Shown here piece after piece: positions 37,887 to 46,715 of a stretch of 64,000 nucleotides of DNA. Within the stretch, counting starts at the first letter, position 1, and every line of letters begins with the position of its first letter. Origin of the DNA: a virus. Under the pieces are notes generated by a model, which ran no database searches, was not told where the DNA came from, and was given only the letters and a program-made list of their open reading frames with translations. Location: IMG/VR virus record IMGVR_UViG_3300031539_000002, one strand, 5' to 3'. The position numbers were made by a program, and so were the translations under genes.

Positions 37887-39511
37887 GGCAAGAGGCTCAC
37901 AACTGCTACCAGCTTGCTTGTCTCATCGGGGTCGTGGAGCCTCGTACATCTCGCAAAAAGAGCGTGAACAGAACGATGAAGGGGGTGGAGGGCGAGATCC
38001 TCGCTTTCTTCAAGAAGCACGGGCGACGCCCAAGAGACAAAGATGGGTTCCGCAACGTGGACGCGTGGTTGATGCGGCGTGGGAGTTCGATCCACAAGAT
38101 CTGCGAGAAGCTGGGTCTTCCTGGTGGCCGGGATTTTGGGCGCACGAAGGGAAGCATCGAACGAAAAATCAGGAAGTTCTACGACCGGGAGGGTAGGCGG
38201 CCCAAGAACAGGGAGATGGTGGACGAAAGCCGGTGGCTTGCCTACCACCACAAGATGTCTCTCCATGATCTATGTGACGAAATGGGGCTTCCCACAGAGA
38301 AGGTCCTTCGCACGATTACACGAGTCCGCAAAGAGATCCGGGAGTTCTATGCCCGTGAAGGGCGTCGTCCGACCAATAAGGAGCTGCTTGGGTGGCTCAA
38401 TTTCTTGAGAAGAAAAAACACGACTCTATCCAAACTCTGCGACAAGATGGGGCTTCCCGAAGGCCACAGAAAGCGTCGTTCAATGGCACGGCTCCGCGAG
38501 GTGCTTCAAGCATTTTTCGACGAGCACGGACGGCGCCCCACTACTGAAGAGATGGGGGCTTGGTGCGGTTGGCTTCGAGCACACCACAAAGGCAATACGC
38601 TCTACGGCGTCTGCAATGAGATGGGACTGCCTTCTCGGAGCGGGCAATCCGGGAAAGCCAGTGTGAGGTACTCCAAGAAGGAGGTGCTCCAAGAGGTCCA
38701 AAAGTTTTACGACCGTGAGAAACGGCGCCCGATGAGCAAGGAGGTACGGAAATGTGCTGGCTGGCTCAAGCGACGTGGCAGCAGTCTTCGAGAGCTGTGC
38801 GATGAGATGGGACTCCCCGCAGACGGGTACACCATGGAGATTGCTCGACAGGAACTCGGGAAATTTAACGAGACCCACGGGCATCGGCCGAGACACCAGG
38901 ATCTCCCCAAACTCGCGCGGTGGCTGCGGTCGCAGGGCATTTCGTTGCCTCGGCTCGGTGAAAAAATGGGGCTCCCTGCGAAACGCCAAGAGGTCTCTGG
39001 CAGGACGATGAACTCCGTCCGGGCCGAGATCCGTAAATTCGTCAAGGCACATGGCCGTCGACCGGGCGTCCATGACATGCAGAAGATCGACAGTTGGCTG
39101 CGGGTCCGGGGTACGGGGCTGCCTGCGGTGTGCGACGAGATGGGGTACGCACCGCTCATGCGAAGGGATCGCACTGAGGAAGAAGCACGGCAGGTGGTGC
39201 TCCGTTTCTACAAGGAGAACGGAAACCGCCCGCGCAAGGTTGACCTGCCGGTGTGGCAGGGATGGTTTGAGCATCGAGGATCTTCATTGCGCAAGTTTTG
39301 TGATGCACTTGGTCTGCCGAAGGAGTGTGAGTACGACAGGACCCTCAAGAAGGCACGCATCGCGATGAAGGCATTTTTCAAGGAGCACGGGCACCGTCCC
39401 GTACAGTCGGACCTTTGGGCTTGGGACGGTTGGCTACGGAACAACCACGGTCTGTCCGTCTCGAAACTCTGCGACGAACTTGGGTTTCCCAAGAAGGGAC
39501 GCCGGCCATGA
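37883..39511 (+). CDS. Tandem helical repeat protein (9 repeats)
   Basis: GTGA overlap with the helicase stop; 9 x FxxxxGRRP...W L...LCDEMGLP. Confidence 0.8.
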   Translation: MRQEAHNCYQLACLIGVVEPRTSRKKSVNRTMKGVEGEILAFFKKHGRRPRDKDGFRNVDAWLMRRGSSIHKICEKLGLPGGRDFGRTKGSIERKIRKFYDREGRRPKNREMVDESRWLAYHHKMSLHDLCDEMGLPTEKVLRTITRVRKEIREFYAREGRRPTNKELLGWLNFLRRKNTTLSKLCDKMGLPEGHRKRRSMARLREVLQAFFDEHGRRPTTEEMGAWCGWLRAHHKGNTLYGVCNEMGLPSRSGQSGKASVRYSKKEVLQEVQKFYDREKRRPMSKEVRKCAGWLKRRGSSLRELCDEMGLPADGYTMEIARQELGKFNETHGHRPRHQDLPKLARWLRSQGISLPRLGEKMGLPAKRQEVSGRTMNSVRAEIRKFVKAHGRRPGVHDMQKIDSWLRVRGTGLPAVCDEMGYAPLMRRDRTEEEARQVVLRFYKENGNRPRKVDLPVWQGWFEHRGSSLRKFCDALGLPKECEYDRTLKKARIAMKAFFKEHGHRPVQSDLWAWDGWLRNNHGLSVSKLCDELGFPKKGRRP

Positions 39512-40395
39512 GCACCCAAGAACTCCGCGCTCGAAGTTGCATTGAGGTTGCGGCACTCCTCGGGCTCCACGAGCGACCGATACGCTCGAGGACGCTGGAG
39601 AGCGCGCGTGCGGAGGTTTTAGCCTCTTATGAGAAGCACGGGAGACGCCCTTCGGAGCAGCGTTTGAGTGCCACGGGTCAGTGGCTTCGGTATCGCGGAT
39701 CATCTCTCCGGCGTGTCTGCGACGAGCTGGGCTTGCCTGGTGGGACCAACCTAGGCCGAACGAAGGAGGGAGCGAAAACGGTAACTCAAGGTTTTTTTGA
39801 CAAGCATGGACGCCGCCCTGTGGCACAAGATCTTCGTGCGTGGGATTCGTGGCTGCGCGGGCGGGGGTCTTCGCTTGTCGTCCTCTGTGACGAGATGGGG
39901 CTTCCTGAGCGCACCAGAATCATCCGAAGGAAAAGCAGCGCAACAAGGATGATCCGAGCTTTCTACCAGGAACAGGGCCGGTGCCCCGAGCCAGGAGAGA
40001 TTCCTGTGCTGGATCGTTGGCTACATAAGCACGCGTTGGTGTTGTCTCTTCTTTGCGACGAGTTAAGCCTCCCCTCTGATTGGGGCGACGCGAAAAAAAC
40101 CATTCAAGAGTTCTTCAACAAGCACGGGAGACGCCCGAAGTCCACGGAGCTACCGCAGTGGGCCCGCTGGCTGCGTGCGCAGGGGTCTTCCCTCTCCCGC
40201 CTCTGTGACGAGCTGGAATTTCCCGGTCCCGGGGTGCCCAGAACCAAGCAAATGGCGCAGCATGTAATTCGAGCTTTCGTTCAGAAAAACGGGCACCGAC
40301 CGTCCGAAGCGAGCCTTCCTGATTGGTACGAATGGTTGCGGCATGTGCCTGGGGTTTCGCTTCAGCAACTCTGCAATGAGATGGGGGTGCCTTGA
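39508..40395 (+). CDS. Tandem helical repeat protein (5 repeats)
   Basis: ATGA overlap; same repeat unit. Confidence 0.8.
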   Translation: MSTQELRARSCIEVAALLGLHERPIRSRTLESARAEVLASYEKHGRRPSEQRLSATGQWLRYRGSSLRRVCDELGLPGGTNLGRTKEGAKTVTQGFFDKHGRRPVAQDLRAWDSWLRGRGSSLVVLCDEMGLPERTRIIRRKSSATRMIRAFYQEQGRCPEPGEIPVLDRWLHKHALVLSLLCDELSLPSDWGDAKKTIQEFFNKHGRRPKSTELPQWARWLRAQGSSLSRLCDELEFPGPGVPRTKQMAQHVIRAFVQKNGHRPSEASLPDWYEWLRHVPGVSLQQLCNEMGVP

Positions 40396-42158
40396 GCTCT
40401 TTGGATGGACACGCGAGTAACTGCACTGAGATCGCGGCCATCCTCGGCCTCCACGAGCTTCCGAAGCGCAGGACGATGGAGGGGGCGCGGGTGGAGGTCC
40501 GGGAGTTCTACGAGAAGCATGGTCGTCGTCCTTGGTGCACAGACCTCATGAATTTGGACGCGTGGCTGCGCAAGAAAAGGACGAATTTGCCTGACCTGTG
40601 CGATGAGCTGGGACTCCCTGGGGGGAAGAACCTGCGTCGCACGATGGAAGAGGTCCGCCAAGAGGTCCAAGCGTTTTTCGATGAACACGGTCGTCGCCCG
40701 AGTTGTCACGAAATGGCTTCTACCGACCGCTGGCTCCGAGTGCAGGGCACCGCTCTTCGCAAGTTATGCGACGAGATGGGGCTCCCCGGCGGTGCGGTGT
40801 TCGGTCGCACGATGGAAGGGGCCCGCCAAGAGATTCAGGCGTTCTTCGAGGAGCATGGCCGCCGCCCCTACGAGGCTGATTTGAATGGCGCCAGTCTTTG
40901 GCTGCGGAAGGAAGGAACAAGTTTACAAAAACTGTGCGACGAGATGGGCCTCCCGAAGCATCGGGACAGTTGGTCAGCAGAAAGAGCACGCCAAGAAGTC
41001 CAGGCTTTTTTTGACGAGCACGGTCGGCGCCCTTTGGTAAAAGAGAACACAGCACTGGGGCACTGGCTGACCAGACGTGGCACGAGCTTGTCCAAGTTGT
41101 GCGACGAGATGGGGTTGCCTTGGCCTTCCCGCTCCAAGTACACGAGGGAGAAGATACGCCCGAAAATCCAAGCATTTTTCGATGAGCACGGACGCCGCCC
41201 GATAGATAAGGAGGTGAATGGCATCAGCCTCTGGTTGCGGAGGGTCGGGGCGACCCTTCGAGATGTCTGCAATGAGATGGAACTCCCCGGAGGTCTGGTG
41301 CTCGATCGGACGATGGAAGGGGCCCGCCAAGAGATTCAGGCGTTCTTCGAGGAGCATGGCACACGTCCTAGAGTGGTTGACAAGAAGGCGCTGGCATCTT
41401 GGTTACGGGGACAAGGAACAAATTTACGAAAACTGTGCGACGAGATGGGCCTCCCGAAGATCATTCGGGCTCGGAACGCGTCCACGGAAGAAGTAGTCAA
41501 CGAAGCGACCAAAGAGATCCAAGCGTTTTTTGATGAGCATGGCCGCCGCCCTTCGGTGAGAGAGAGAGCGGCACTCGCCGCGACTCTTCGATCGCGTGCT
41601 TCCTCCATCCCCCAAATTTGCGAAGCGATGGGGCTTCCAAAACGATCGCGCTCAAAACGTACGCTGGAAGGGGCCCGCCAAGAGATTCAGGCGTTCTTCG
41701 AGGAGCATGGCCGCCGCCCTGCCTGCGCCGAGATGGGTGGCCTGTCGAACTGGTCGGCTACGCAGGGCACGACTTTGCGCAAGCTGTGCGATGAGTTGGA
41801 ACTCCCTGGCAATCGCCGTTATGACCGGACGATAGAGGGTGTTCGACGAGAGATTCAGGCGTTCTTCGAGGAGCATGGCCGCCGCCCAAAGCAGAAAGAG
41901 GGCCATTTCAACACCCTCGATCAGTGGCTTTTTCGTCACGGAAGTTCTATCCCCAAACTCTGCAATGAGATGGGGCTCCCCGGAGGTCTGGTGCTCGATC
42001 GGACGATGGAGGGGGCGCGCCAAGAGATTCAAGCATTTTTCGACGAGCACGGCCGGCGCCCCATGGCGAAGGAGCTGCGGCCACTCAATAAGTGGCTCTT
42101 GGTCCAGACCCCGCGCTCGACCGTGGCGAAACTGTGCCATGAGATGGGACTGCCTTGA
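40392..42158 (+). CDS. Tandem helical repeat protein (10 repeats)
   Basis: TTGA overlap; TMEGARQEIQAFFEEHGRRP...LCDEMGLP x10. Confidence 0.8.
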   Translation: MSSLDGHASNCTEIAAILGLHELPKRRTMEGARVEVREFYEKHGRRPWCTDLMNLDAWLRKKRTNLPDLCDELGLPGGKNLRRTMEEVRQEVQAFFDEHGRRPSCHEMASTDRWLRVQGTALRKLCDEMGLPGGAVFGRTMEGARQEIQAFFEEHGRRPYEADLNGASLWLRKEGTSLQKLCDEMGLPKHRDSWSAERARQEVQAFFDEHGRRPLVKENTALGHWLTRRGTSLSKLCDEMGLPWPSRSKYTREKIRPKIQAFFDEHGRRPIDKEVNGISLWLRRVGATLRDVCNEMELPGGLVLDRTMEGARQEIQAFFEEHGTRPRVVDKKALASWLRGQGTNLRKLCDEMGLPKIIRARNASTEEVVNEATKEIQAFFDEHGRRPSVRERAALAATLRSRASSIPQICEAMGLPKRSRSKRTLEGARQEIQAFFEEHGRRPACAEMGGLSNWSATQGTTLRKLCDELELPGNRRYDRTIEGVRREIQAFFEEHGRRPKQKEGHFNTLDQWLFRHGSSIPKLCNEMGLPGGLVLDRTMEGARQEIQAFFDEHGRRPMAKELRPLNKWLLVQTPRSTVAKLCHEMGLP

Positions 42159-42266
42159 GTTCTTTGATTGGGTACGCGAGGATCAAGGGGAACCCGCGCC
42201 ACAGGGGCGCCTGAGTCCGCCACCGAGCCCATCCTCATCTTCCGCAAGCCGAGGTAGAGTGACGGC

Positions 42267-42350
42267 ATGAAGATCTGGGCATTCGTTCTCGGCGTTGTCG
42301 CGCTCCTGCTCCTCCTGAGCGTATGGCCCGCCCTCGGGTCCTTGGCCTGA
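42267..42350 (+). CDS. 27-aa single-helix membrane peptide (not in ORF track)
   Basis: MKIWAFVLGVVALLLLLSVWPALGSLA; TAGAGT -10-like box 6 nt upstream of the ATG. Confidence 0.5.
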   Translation: MKIWAFVLGVVALLLLLSVWPALGSLA

Positions 42351-42519
42351 ACTTGGGTCGTGCCCGTGCTGTGGCCAGCCTTGGTCGCCACCTCACTATC
42401 CTCCGATTGGCCCCTCTCCGTTTGAACCATGGGAAGTTCCTGCGTATCCCGAGCTCAAGAAGCCCGAGCCGAGTCCGTTCCTGGTCGAGGAAGAGCCTGA
42501 GGAGCCGACGCTCTCGGTG

Positions 42520-43065
42520 TCAGGCGTCAGCTTGAGGCTCTTGTTGTTCGTCGCCGGTGAGGATAGCTAGAGTTCGCGCCACGTCCTCTGGTTGGATGCC
42601 TCGAGCCCAGCTCGTGCGCACGAGATAGGGCGCCATGTGGGCGAAAGCACCGTCTCCCATGTCATCGAGGATGACGAAGTTCTCGACGTTGAGGTGCTTG
42701 TTCTTTACGAGCCAGACTTCGATTTCGAGTCCACGGAGCCCACGGTTCGCCAGGCCTGGCGGCATCTCATTGGAGAGTGGTGTGCGTCCGATGACTTCGC
42801 CGGTGAAGCCTCGGGAACTGAGGTAGCGCTGCATGTCTTCGGGAGTGCAGTGGTAGCGCCACGAGGATGAGATGACGACCTTCGCGTCACCGAGGGCCAC
42901 GATGGCGTTGAGGCGCTCCACGGAGGTGGGGTTGATCATGCGGGTCCACCAGTAGTCGTCTTTGGGGTCCGGTGCTGTGGACGTGTCCGCGTCCAGGTCT
43001 GGATTGGACCCGAAGTACTCGGCGCTGTTGAGCACCCCGTCCATGTCTAGGAACACGACGCGCAT
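42520..43065 (-). CDS. HAD-family phosphatase (Swiss-Army-knife RNA-repair-type HAD)
   Basis: FLDMDGVLN, VVISSSWR, RGLEI, FVILDD. Confidence 0.85.
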   Translation of the reverse strand: MRVVFLDMDGVLNSAEYFGSNPDLDADTSTAPDPKDDYWWTRMINPTSVERLNAIVALGDAKVVISSSWRYHCTPEDMQRYLSSRGFTGEVIGRTPLSNEMPPGLANRGLRGLEIEVWLVKNKHLNVENFVILDDMGDGAFAHMAPYLVRTSWARGIQPEDVARTLAILTGDEQQEPQADA

Positions 43066-43214
43066 CAGAGAGCCTGTAGCACGATGAGAGTCCCGATGAC
43101 CACCGACTGTAAGACCACGATCCGAAGGAGATTCACGATAGTTCCCTCGGTGAGCTGGGAGGTCTGACCCATGCCTGTTTTGTGGTCAAATACGACGAGG
43201 GGCTTGGAATCCAT
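43065..43214 (-). CDS. 49-aa membrane protein (not in ORF track)
   Basis: MDSKPLVVFD...LLRIVVLQSVVIGTLIVLQAL; TGATG coupling to the HAD gene; GGGTAAAGT box 5 nt upstream. Confidence 0.55.
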   Translation of the reverse strand: MDSKPLVVFDHKTGMGQTSQLTEGTIVNLLRIVVLQSVVIGTLIVLQAL

Positions 43215-43267
43215 GAGCCACTTTACCCGACCGTGATCTGGTGGGGTAGAAGAGGTAGAGGTTCACG

Positions 43268-43687
43268 ATGGTTTGCCGACATCAACCCGGAGATCCCAAC
43301 TGCTCTTCCTCCCCTCAGGGCCGCGCTCGAGCTGAGGCAGAGGCCCACCACTACCGGGAGAAGAAGGCGAAGGAGCGGATGGAGGAGCTGCTTTCTCGCA
43401 CCCCCAACCCCGACGACTACGAGCTCGTGGAACTTGAGCAAGTGGGGCCGCACCTTGTCGTGATGGCGCAGTACTCGTCGTGTACGAAGTGCTCGTTCGA
43501 CGCGAAGAAGGTCATGGTGTTTTTCAACCGCACTGTGAAGGACGCGGCGTTCTGGAATCACATTGACCCCCACTTCAACGAGCCCGGAAACGTCATGCGC
43601 AGGATAGCGCCCCCTCCCCGTGCGAGGTTTCCGGCTGACGACCAAGGCTGGAACGACGCGCTGGAGTTTGCGAGGAGTAAGGTCTGA
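43268..43687 (+). CDS. Hypothetical protein
   Basis: Good codon bias, TGATG coupling to the next gene. Confidence 0.65.
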   Translation: MVCRHQPGDPNCSSSPQGRARAEAEAHHYREKKAKERMEELLSRTPNPDDYELVELEQVGPHLVVMAQYSSCTKCSFDAKKVMVFFNRTVKDAAFWNHIDPHFNEPGNVMRRIAPPPRARFPADDQGWNDALEFARSKV

Positions 43688-44007
43688 TGGCTGAGGAGTT
43701 GGAGCGCGTCGTCGCCATGCGGAACGCGGATGGTAAAAAGAAAATCGCCTACGTCTACGGAGAGGGCGTGATGCTCGGAAGCCTGCATCCTCCCCACGGA
43801 ACGATGACGATGCTCGGGCCTGTGGACGACAGTTTCCCGGCGGATTGGACGAACCCCTGCATCATGCTCAACGGGGGTGGGATCATCTGGGGATGCCAAT
43901 GTTGGTGGGGTCCTGTTGAGAAAATGCAGAAACGGTTCGGGGACTACACCTGGGAGACCGTTGACGTGGCCGAACTTGAGAACCCTCCCTTACCGTCAGA
44001 CGGGTAG
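43687..44007 (+). CDS. Hypothetical protein
   Basis: NPCIML..G.IIWGCQCWWG; coupled to the upstream gene. Confidence 0.65.
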   Translation: MAEELERVVAMRNADGKKKIAYVYGEGVMLGSLHPPHGTMTMLGPVDDSFPADWTNPCIMLNGGGIIWGCQCWWGPVEKMQKRFGDYTWETVDVAELENPPLPSDG

Positions 44008-44030
44008 GGTTGAGGGGTAAAAGGAGTGCC

Positions 44031-44717
44031 ATGACAGACGTGACCCCCGCCACCCCCGCCAACGATCTCACCGAGGTCGCCATCATTCTCGATCGCAGTG
44101 GTTCCATGTCCTCCATCAAAGACGACATGGAAGGCGGCTTGTGGACCACCATCACCGAACAGAACGGGCTTCCTGGCCGGTGCCGGGTGAGTCTCTACCA
44201 GTTCGATGACAAATGGGAGACGGTCTTCGAGGCCAAGCCCTCGGGTGAGATCTGCCAAGACGACTGTCGCCTCGTACCTCGTGGTCAGACCGCGCTCCTT
44301 GACGGAGCCGTGAAGTCCCTGTCCGCGCTCGAGGCACGGATTCTTGCTGAGGCCGAAGACGAGCGTCCGGGCAACGTGATCGTCGTGATGATCACGGACG
44401 GCCGTGAGAACGCGTCACGCGAGAACACTCGGGAGGACGCCAACAAGATCATCGATCGCGTGACGGACAAGTACAACTGGGAGTTCCTGTTCCTCGCTGC
44501 GGACAAGCAAGGGTTTGAGGACGGGGCGTCCATGATGAAGGGCACGAAGGGCAAGCGCCTCATGTACGACAAGTCCAACACGCGCGGCATGTCTCAGGCG
44601 TACAGCTCCGCCATCGGCAGCATGCGAGGCGGCGGCAAGATGGACATCGGCGTCAGCGATGTCCCCGACTCCGACGACAGTTCCGACAGTTCCGACAGCG
44701 GACCTAAGGTGCACTGA
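44031..44717 (+). CDS. von Willebrand factor A domain protein
   Basis: MIDAS DRSGSM, TALLD, ITDGREN. Confidence 0.88.
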   Translation: MTDVTPATPANDLTEVAIILDRSGSMSSIKDDMEGGLWTTITEQNGLPGRCRVSLYQFDDKWETVFEAKPSGEICQDDCRLVPRGQTALLDGAVKSLSALEARILAEAEDERPGNVIVVMITDGRENASRENTREDANKIIDRVTDKYNWEFLFLAADKQGFEDGASMMKGTKGKRLMYDKSNTRGMSQAYSSAIGSMRGGGKMDIGVSDVPDSDDSSDSSDSGPKVH

Positions 44718-44718
44718 G

Positions 44719-45078
44719 ATGAGTGAATACGAAATACCCCCCCTAGCAGCCGAAGTGGAGATCAGCGCCCTCGATGGTGTTGACCTCCGTGTTGGCAAAG
44801 TCACCGCTTGTGAGCTCGTGGAAGGAGCCGACAAGCTCTTGAAACTCGAAGTGGACCTCGGCCCTCTGGGCAAGCGCACCATCCTCAGTGGGCTCAGGAA
44901 GACGTACGAGCCCGACGATTTGGTGAGCAAGCATGTCGTCGTGTTTGCCAATCTCAAGCCCCGCATGATGCGAGGCATCGAGAGTCAGGGGATGGTCCTG
45001 GCCGCGGGGGACTCTGACGATGAACTCGTCGTGGTCGAGCTTCATCGCAGCAGTGTCCCGGGTGAAAAGGTCGCTTGA
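44719..45078 (+). CDS. Stand-alone tRNA-binding OB fold (Trbp111/MetRS-C-terminal/CsaA-like)
   Basis: DLRVGKV, ADKLLKLEVDLG, RTILSG, NLKPRMMRGIESQGMVL. Confidence 0.9.
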   Translation: MSEYEIPPLAAEVEISALDGVDLRVGKVTACELVEGADKLLKLEVDLGPLGKRTILSGLRKTYEPDDLVSKHVVVFANLKPRMMRGIESQGMVLAAGDSDDELVVVELHRSSVPGEKVA

Positions 45079-45395
45079 TGCTTGGGGGTGTCCCCGTCAT
45101 CCGACTCAACGGTGAGCCGGTTTCGTGGCGCCCTTTCACGGAGGATGAACTCGCTCCACTGCGCAAGCACAAAGACGCCGCGTTTCGTTCGTTCGAGAAG
45201 CGCAAGGCTGAGGGGAAGTCAAATGCGGGCATGTGGCTCAACCTCAAGAAGCAGTTCCACGCATTTCTGCTCGTCGAGCCAGCGCCGGGCGACAACATCA
45301 CGGCCGACGGTCTCCCGGAGGACTACGAGGAAGTGTGGGTTCGGTTCCGGGTCAAAGGGACGACGATGCACGGCAACATGAGGATCGCGCCATGA
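45078..45395 (+). CDS. Hypothetical protein
   Basis: TGATG coupling. Confidence 0.55.
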   Translation: MLGGVPVIRLNGEPVSWRPFTEDELAPLRKHKDAAFRSFEKRKAEGKSNAGMWLNLKKQFHAFLLVEPAPGDNITADGLPEDYEEVWVRFRVKGTTMHGNMRIAP

Positions 45396-45415
45396 TCGGA
45401 ATCGTAGACTAGGCC

Positions 45416-45437
45416 GGTTCTGAGCCTATAGGAGGCC
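45416..45437 (+). promoter_or_regulatory. Putative late-promoter motif
   Basis: GGTTCTGAGCCTATAGGAGGCC; start codon follows 14 nt after CTAT. Confidence 0.6.
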
Positions 45438-45443
45438 ATTCGT

Positions 45444-46706
45444 GTGCAGCGCGTTGCGGCCCAGCTCCTGAGGTTTGCCCTCGAGAACCCTGCGTTTGCA
45501 CGGGTGCTCGTTGCCGAGCTCAAGACGCGCCCTGAGTTTCGTGAATATGTGGACGGAAAACGGTTCCACAATCCCGAAACGGGCAACAAGGTTCTCTTCG
45601 AGAGCCTGCCCGAACCGGACCAGCGGCGCGTGTACTTGGAATGGTGGCGCGCTCAGCGACGGGACAAAGAGCCCAAGGCCGATCCCAAGAAGCTCGAGGA
45701 GCGCCGCGAGACCATCGAGAGCGGCAACCCGTGGGCGATCCCTTTGTGGGAGTACTACACTCGCGTCCAAGAAGGGTCGGGCAAGAAGCACCACGCCCCT
45801 GGCGACATCAAGACGCAAACCGTCGAGAGTCTTGAGTGGATGGGGGAACCCAAAGAGAGCGATGTCAAAATCGGAGAGCGAGAGTTTGGCGACACGACGG
45901 TGAGTTTCTATCGCAGCACCGAGCGCAACAAGTACACGAGGAAGGACGAGAACGATGAGATCGTTCGCGATCCAGAGACAGGTCTGGCCACGTATCTGAG
46001 CGACGAAGAGATGCTCGACCGTGGGCTCCCCGCGTTCGGGACCACTGTCCGTGCGTATGATGGAGACACACCGATCGGCTCCGTAGCGGACGAGTGGGGC
46101 GCGAGCTTGGTGCAGGTTGCCGAGGAGCATCAGAAGAAAGGCATCGGCAGGTTCCTGAGTAAACTCTGGCGCAAGGCGTTCCCGTTCAAAAGCTCGGGTG
46201 GTTTCAGCGACCAGGGACTCTCCACCTTCAAACGTGTCTACCAGGACTTTGTGCGCGAGGCTCTTGAAAGCGGGGAGTACGACCGGGCGATGAAGGAGGG
46301 GTGGATGTCACCCCGTCGGTTCAAAGACATCCTCGACAGCGCAGGTTTGGACCCTCAAGGCAAGGAAGTGCGAAAGCCTCGGATTGACGCGCCCGATGCG
46401 GGGGGTTCCGATGAGTTGCACAAGGTTCGCGGAGAGCTGGCCGAAGCGGGCAAGCTGATGCGCGAGATGGATTGGGAAGAGACCGATTACACGGACGCTC
46501 AGAAGGCCGAGCATCGCAAGAAGTACCACGCACTTCTGAGCCAGGCCATGCGTCTCGAGGAGGAAGAGAAGGACAAGGACGACGACGAAGGGCGCCAGAG
46601 GGATCAAAAGATGAGCGACCTCGCAGGCGCCTATTGGAAGGCCAAGCAGCGCGGAGATGCCGAAGAGGCTAAGCGCCTCTGGGACCAGATGGGCGCGATG
46701 GCGTAG
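45444..46706 (+). CDS. Tagged GNAT-like protein (putative head cargo)
   Basis: N-terminal RVAAQ / LLRFALENPAF / RFHNPETGNKVLFESL tags; acetyl-CoA motif VAEEHQKKGIG. Confidence 0.7.
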   Translation: MQRVAAQLLRFALENPAFARVLVAELKTRPEFREYVDGKRFHNPETGNKVLFESLPEPDQRRVYLEWWRAQRRDKEPKADPKKLEERRETIESGNPWAIPLWEYYTRVQEGSGKKHHAPGDIKTQTVESLEWMGEPKESDVKIGEREFGDTTVSFYRSTERNKYTRKDENDEIVRDPETGLATYLSDEEMLDRGLPAFGTTVRAYDGDTPIGSVADEWGASLVQVAEEHQKKGIGRFLSKLWRKAFPFKSSGGFSDQGLSTFKRVYQDFVREALESGEYDRAMKEGWMSPRRFKDILDSAGLDPQGKEVRKPRIDAPDAGGSDELHKVRGELAEAGKLMREMDWEETDYTDAQKAEHRKKYHALLSQAMRLEEEEKDKDDDEGRQRDQKMSDLAGAYWKAKQRGDAEEAKRLWDQMGAMA

Positions 46707-46715
46707 AAGAGATAG

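Larger units (their letters stand above)
34586..42205 (+). mobile_element. Direct-repeat-bounded cassette (helicase + repeat-array proteins)
   Basis: 34586-34617 and 42174-42205 match at 29/32 nt, including a perfect 18-mer GGGAACCCGCGCCACAGG; no integrase inside. Confidence 0.55.

Noticed and set aside
37883-42158. CRISPR array or DGR template/variable repeats
   Set aside because: The repeats are in-frame coding units of ~168 nt, the differences are not adenine-specific, and no cas or reverse transcriptase gene is in the window
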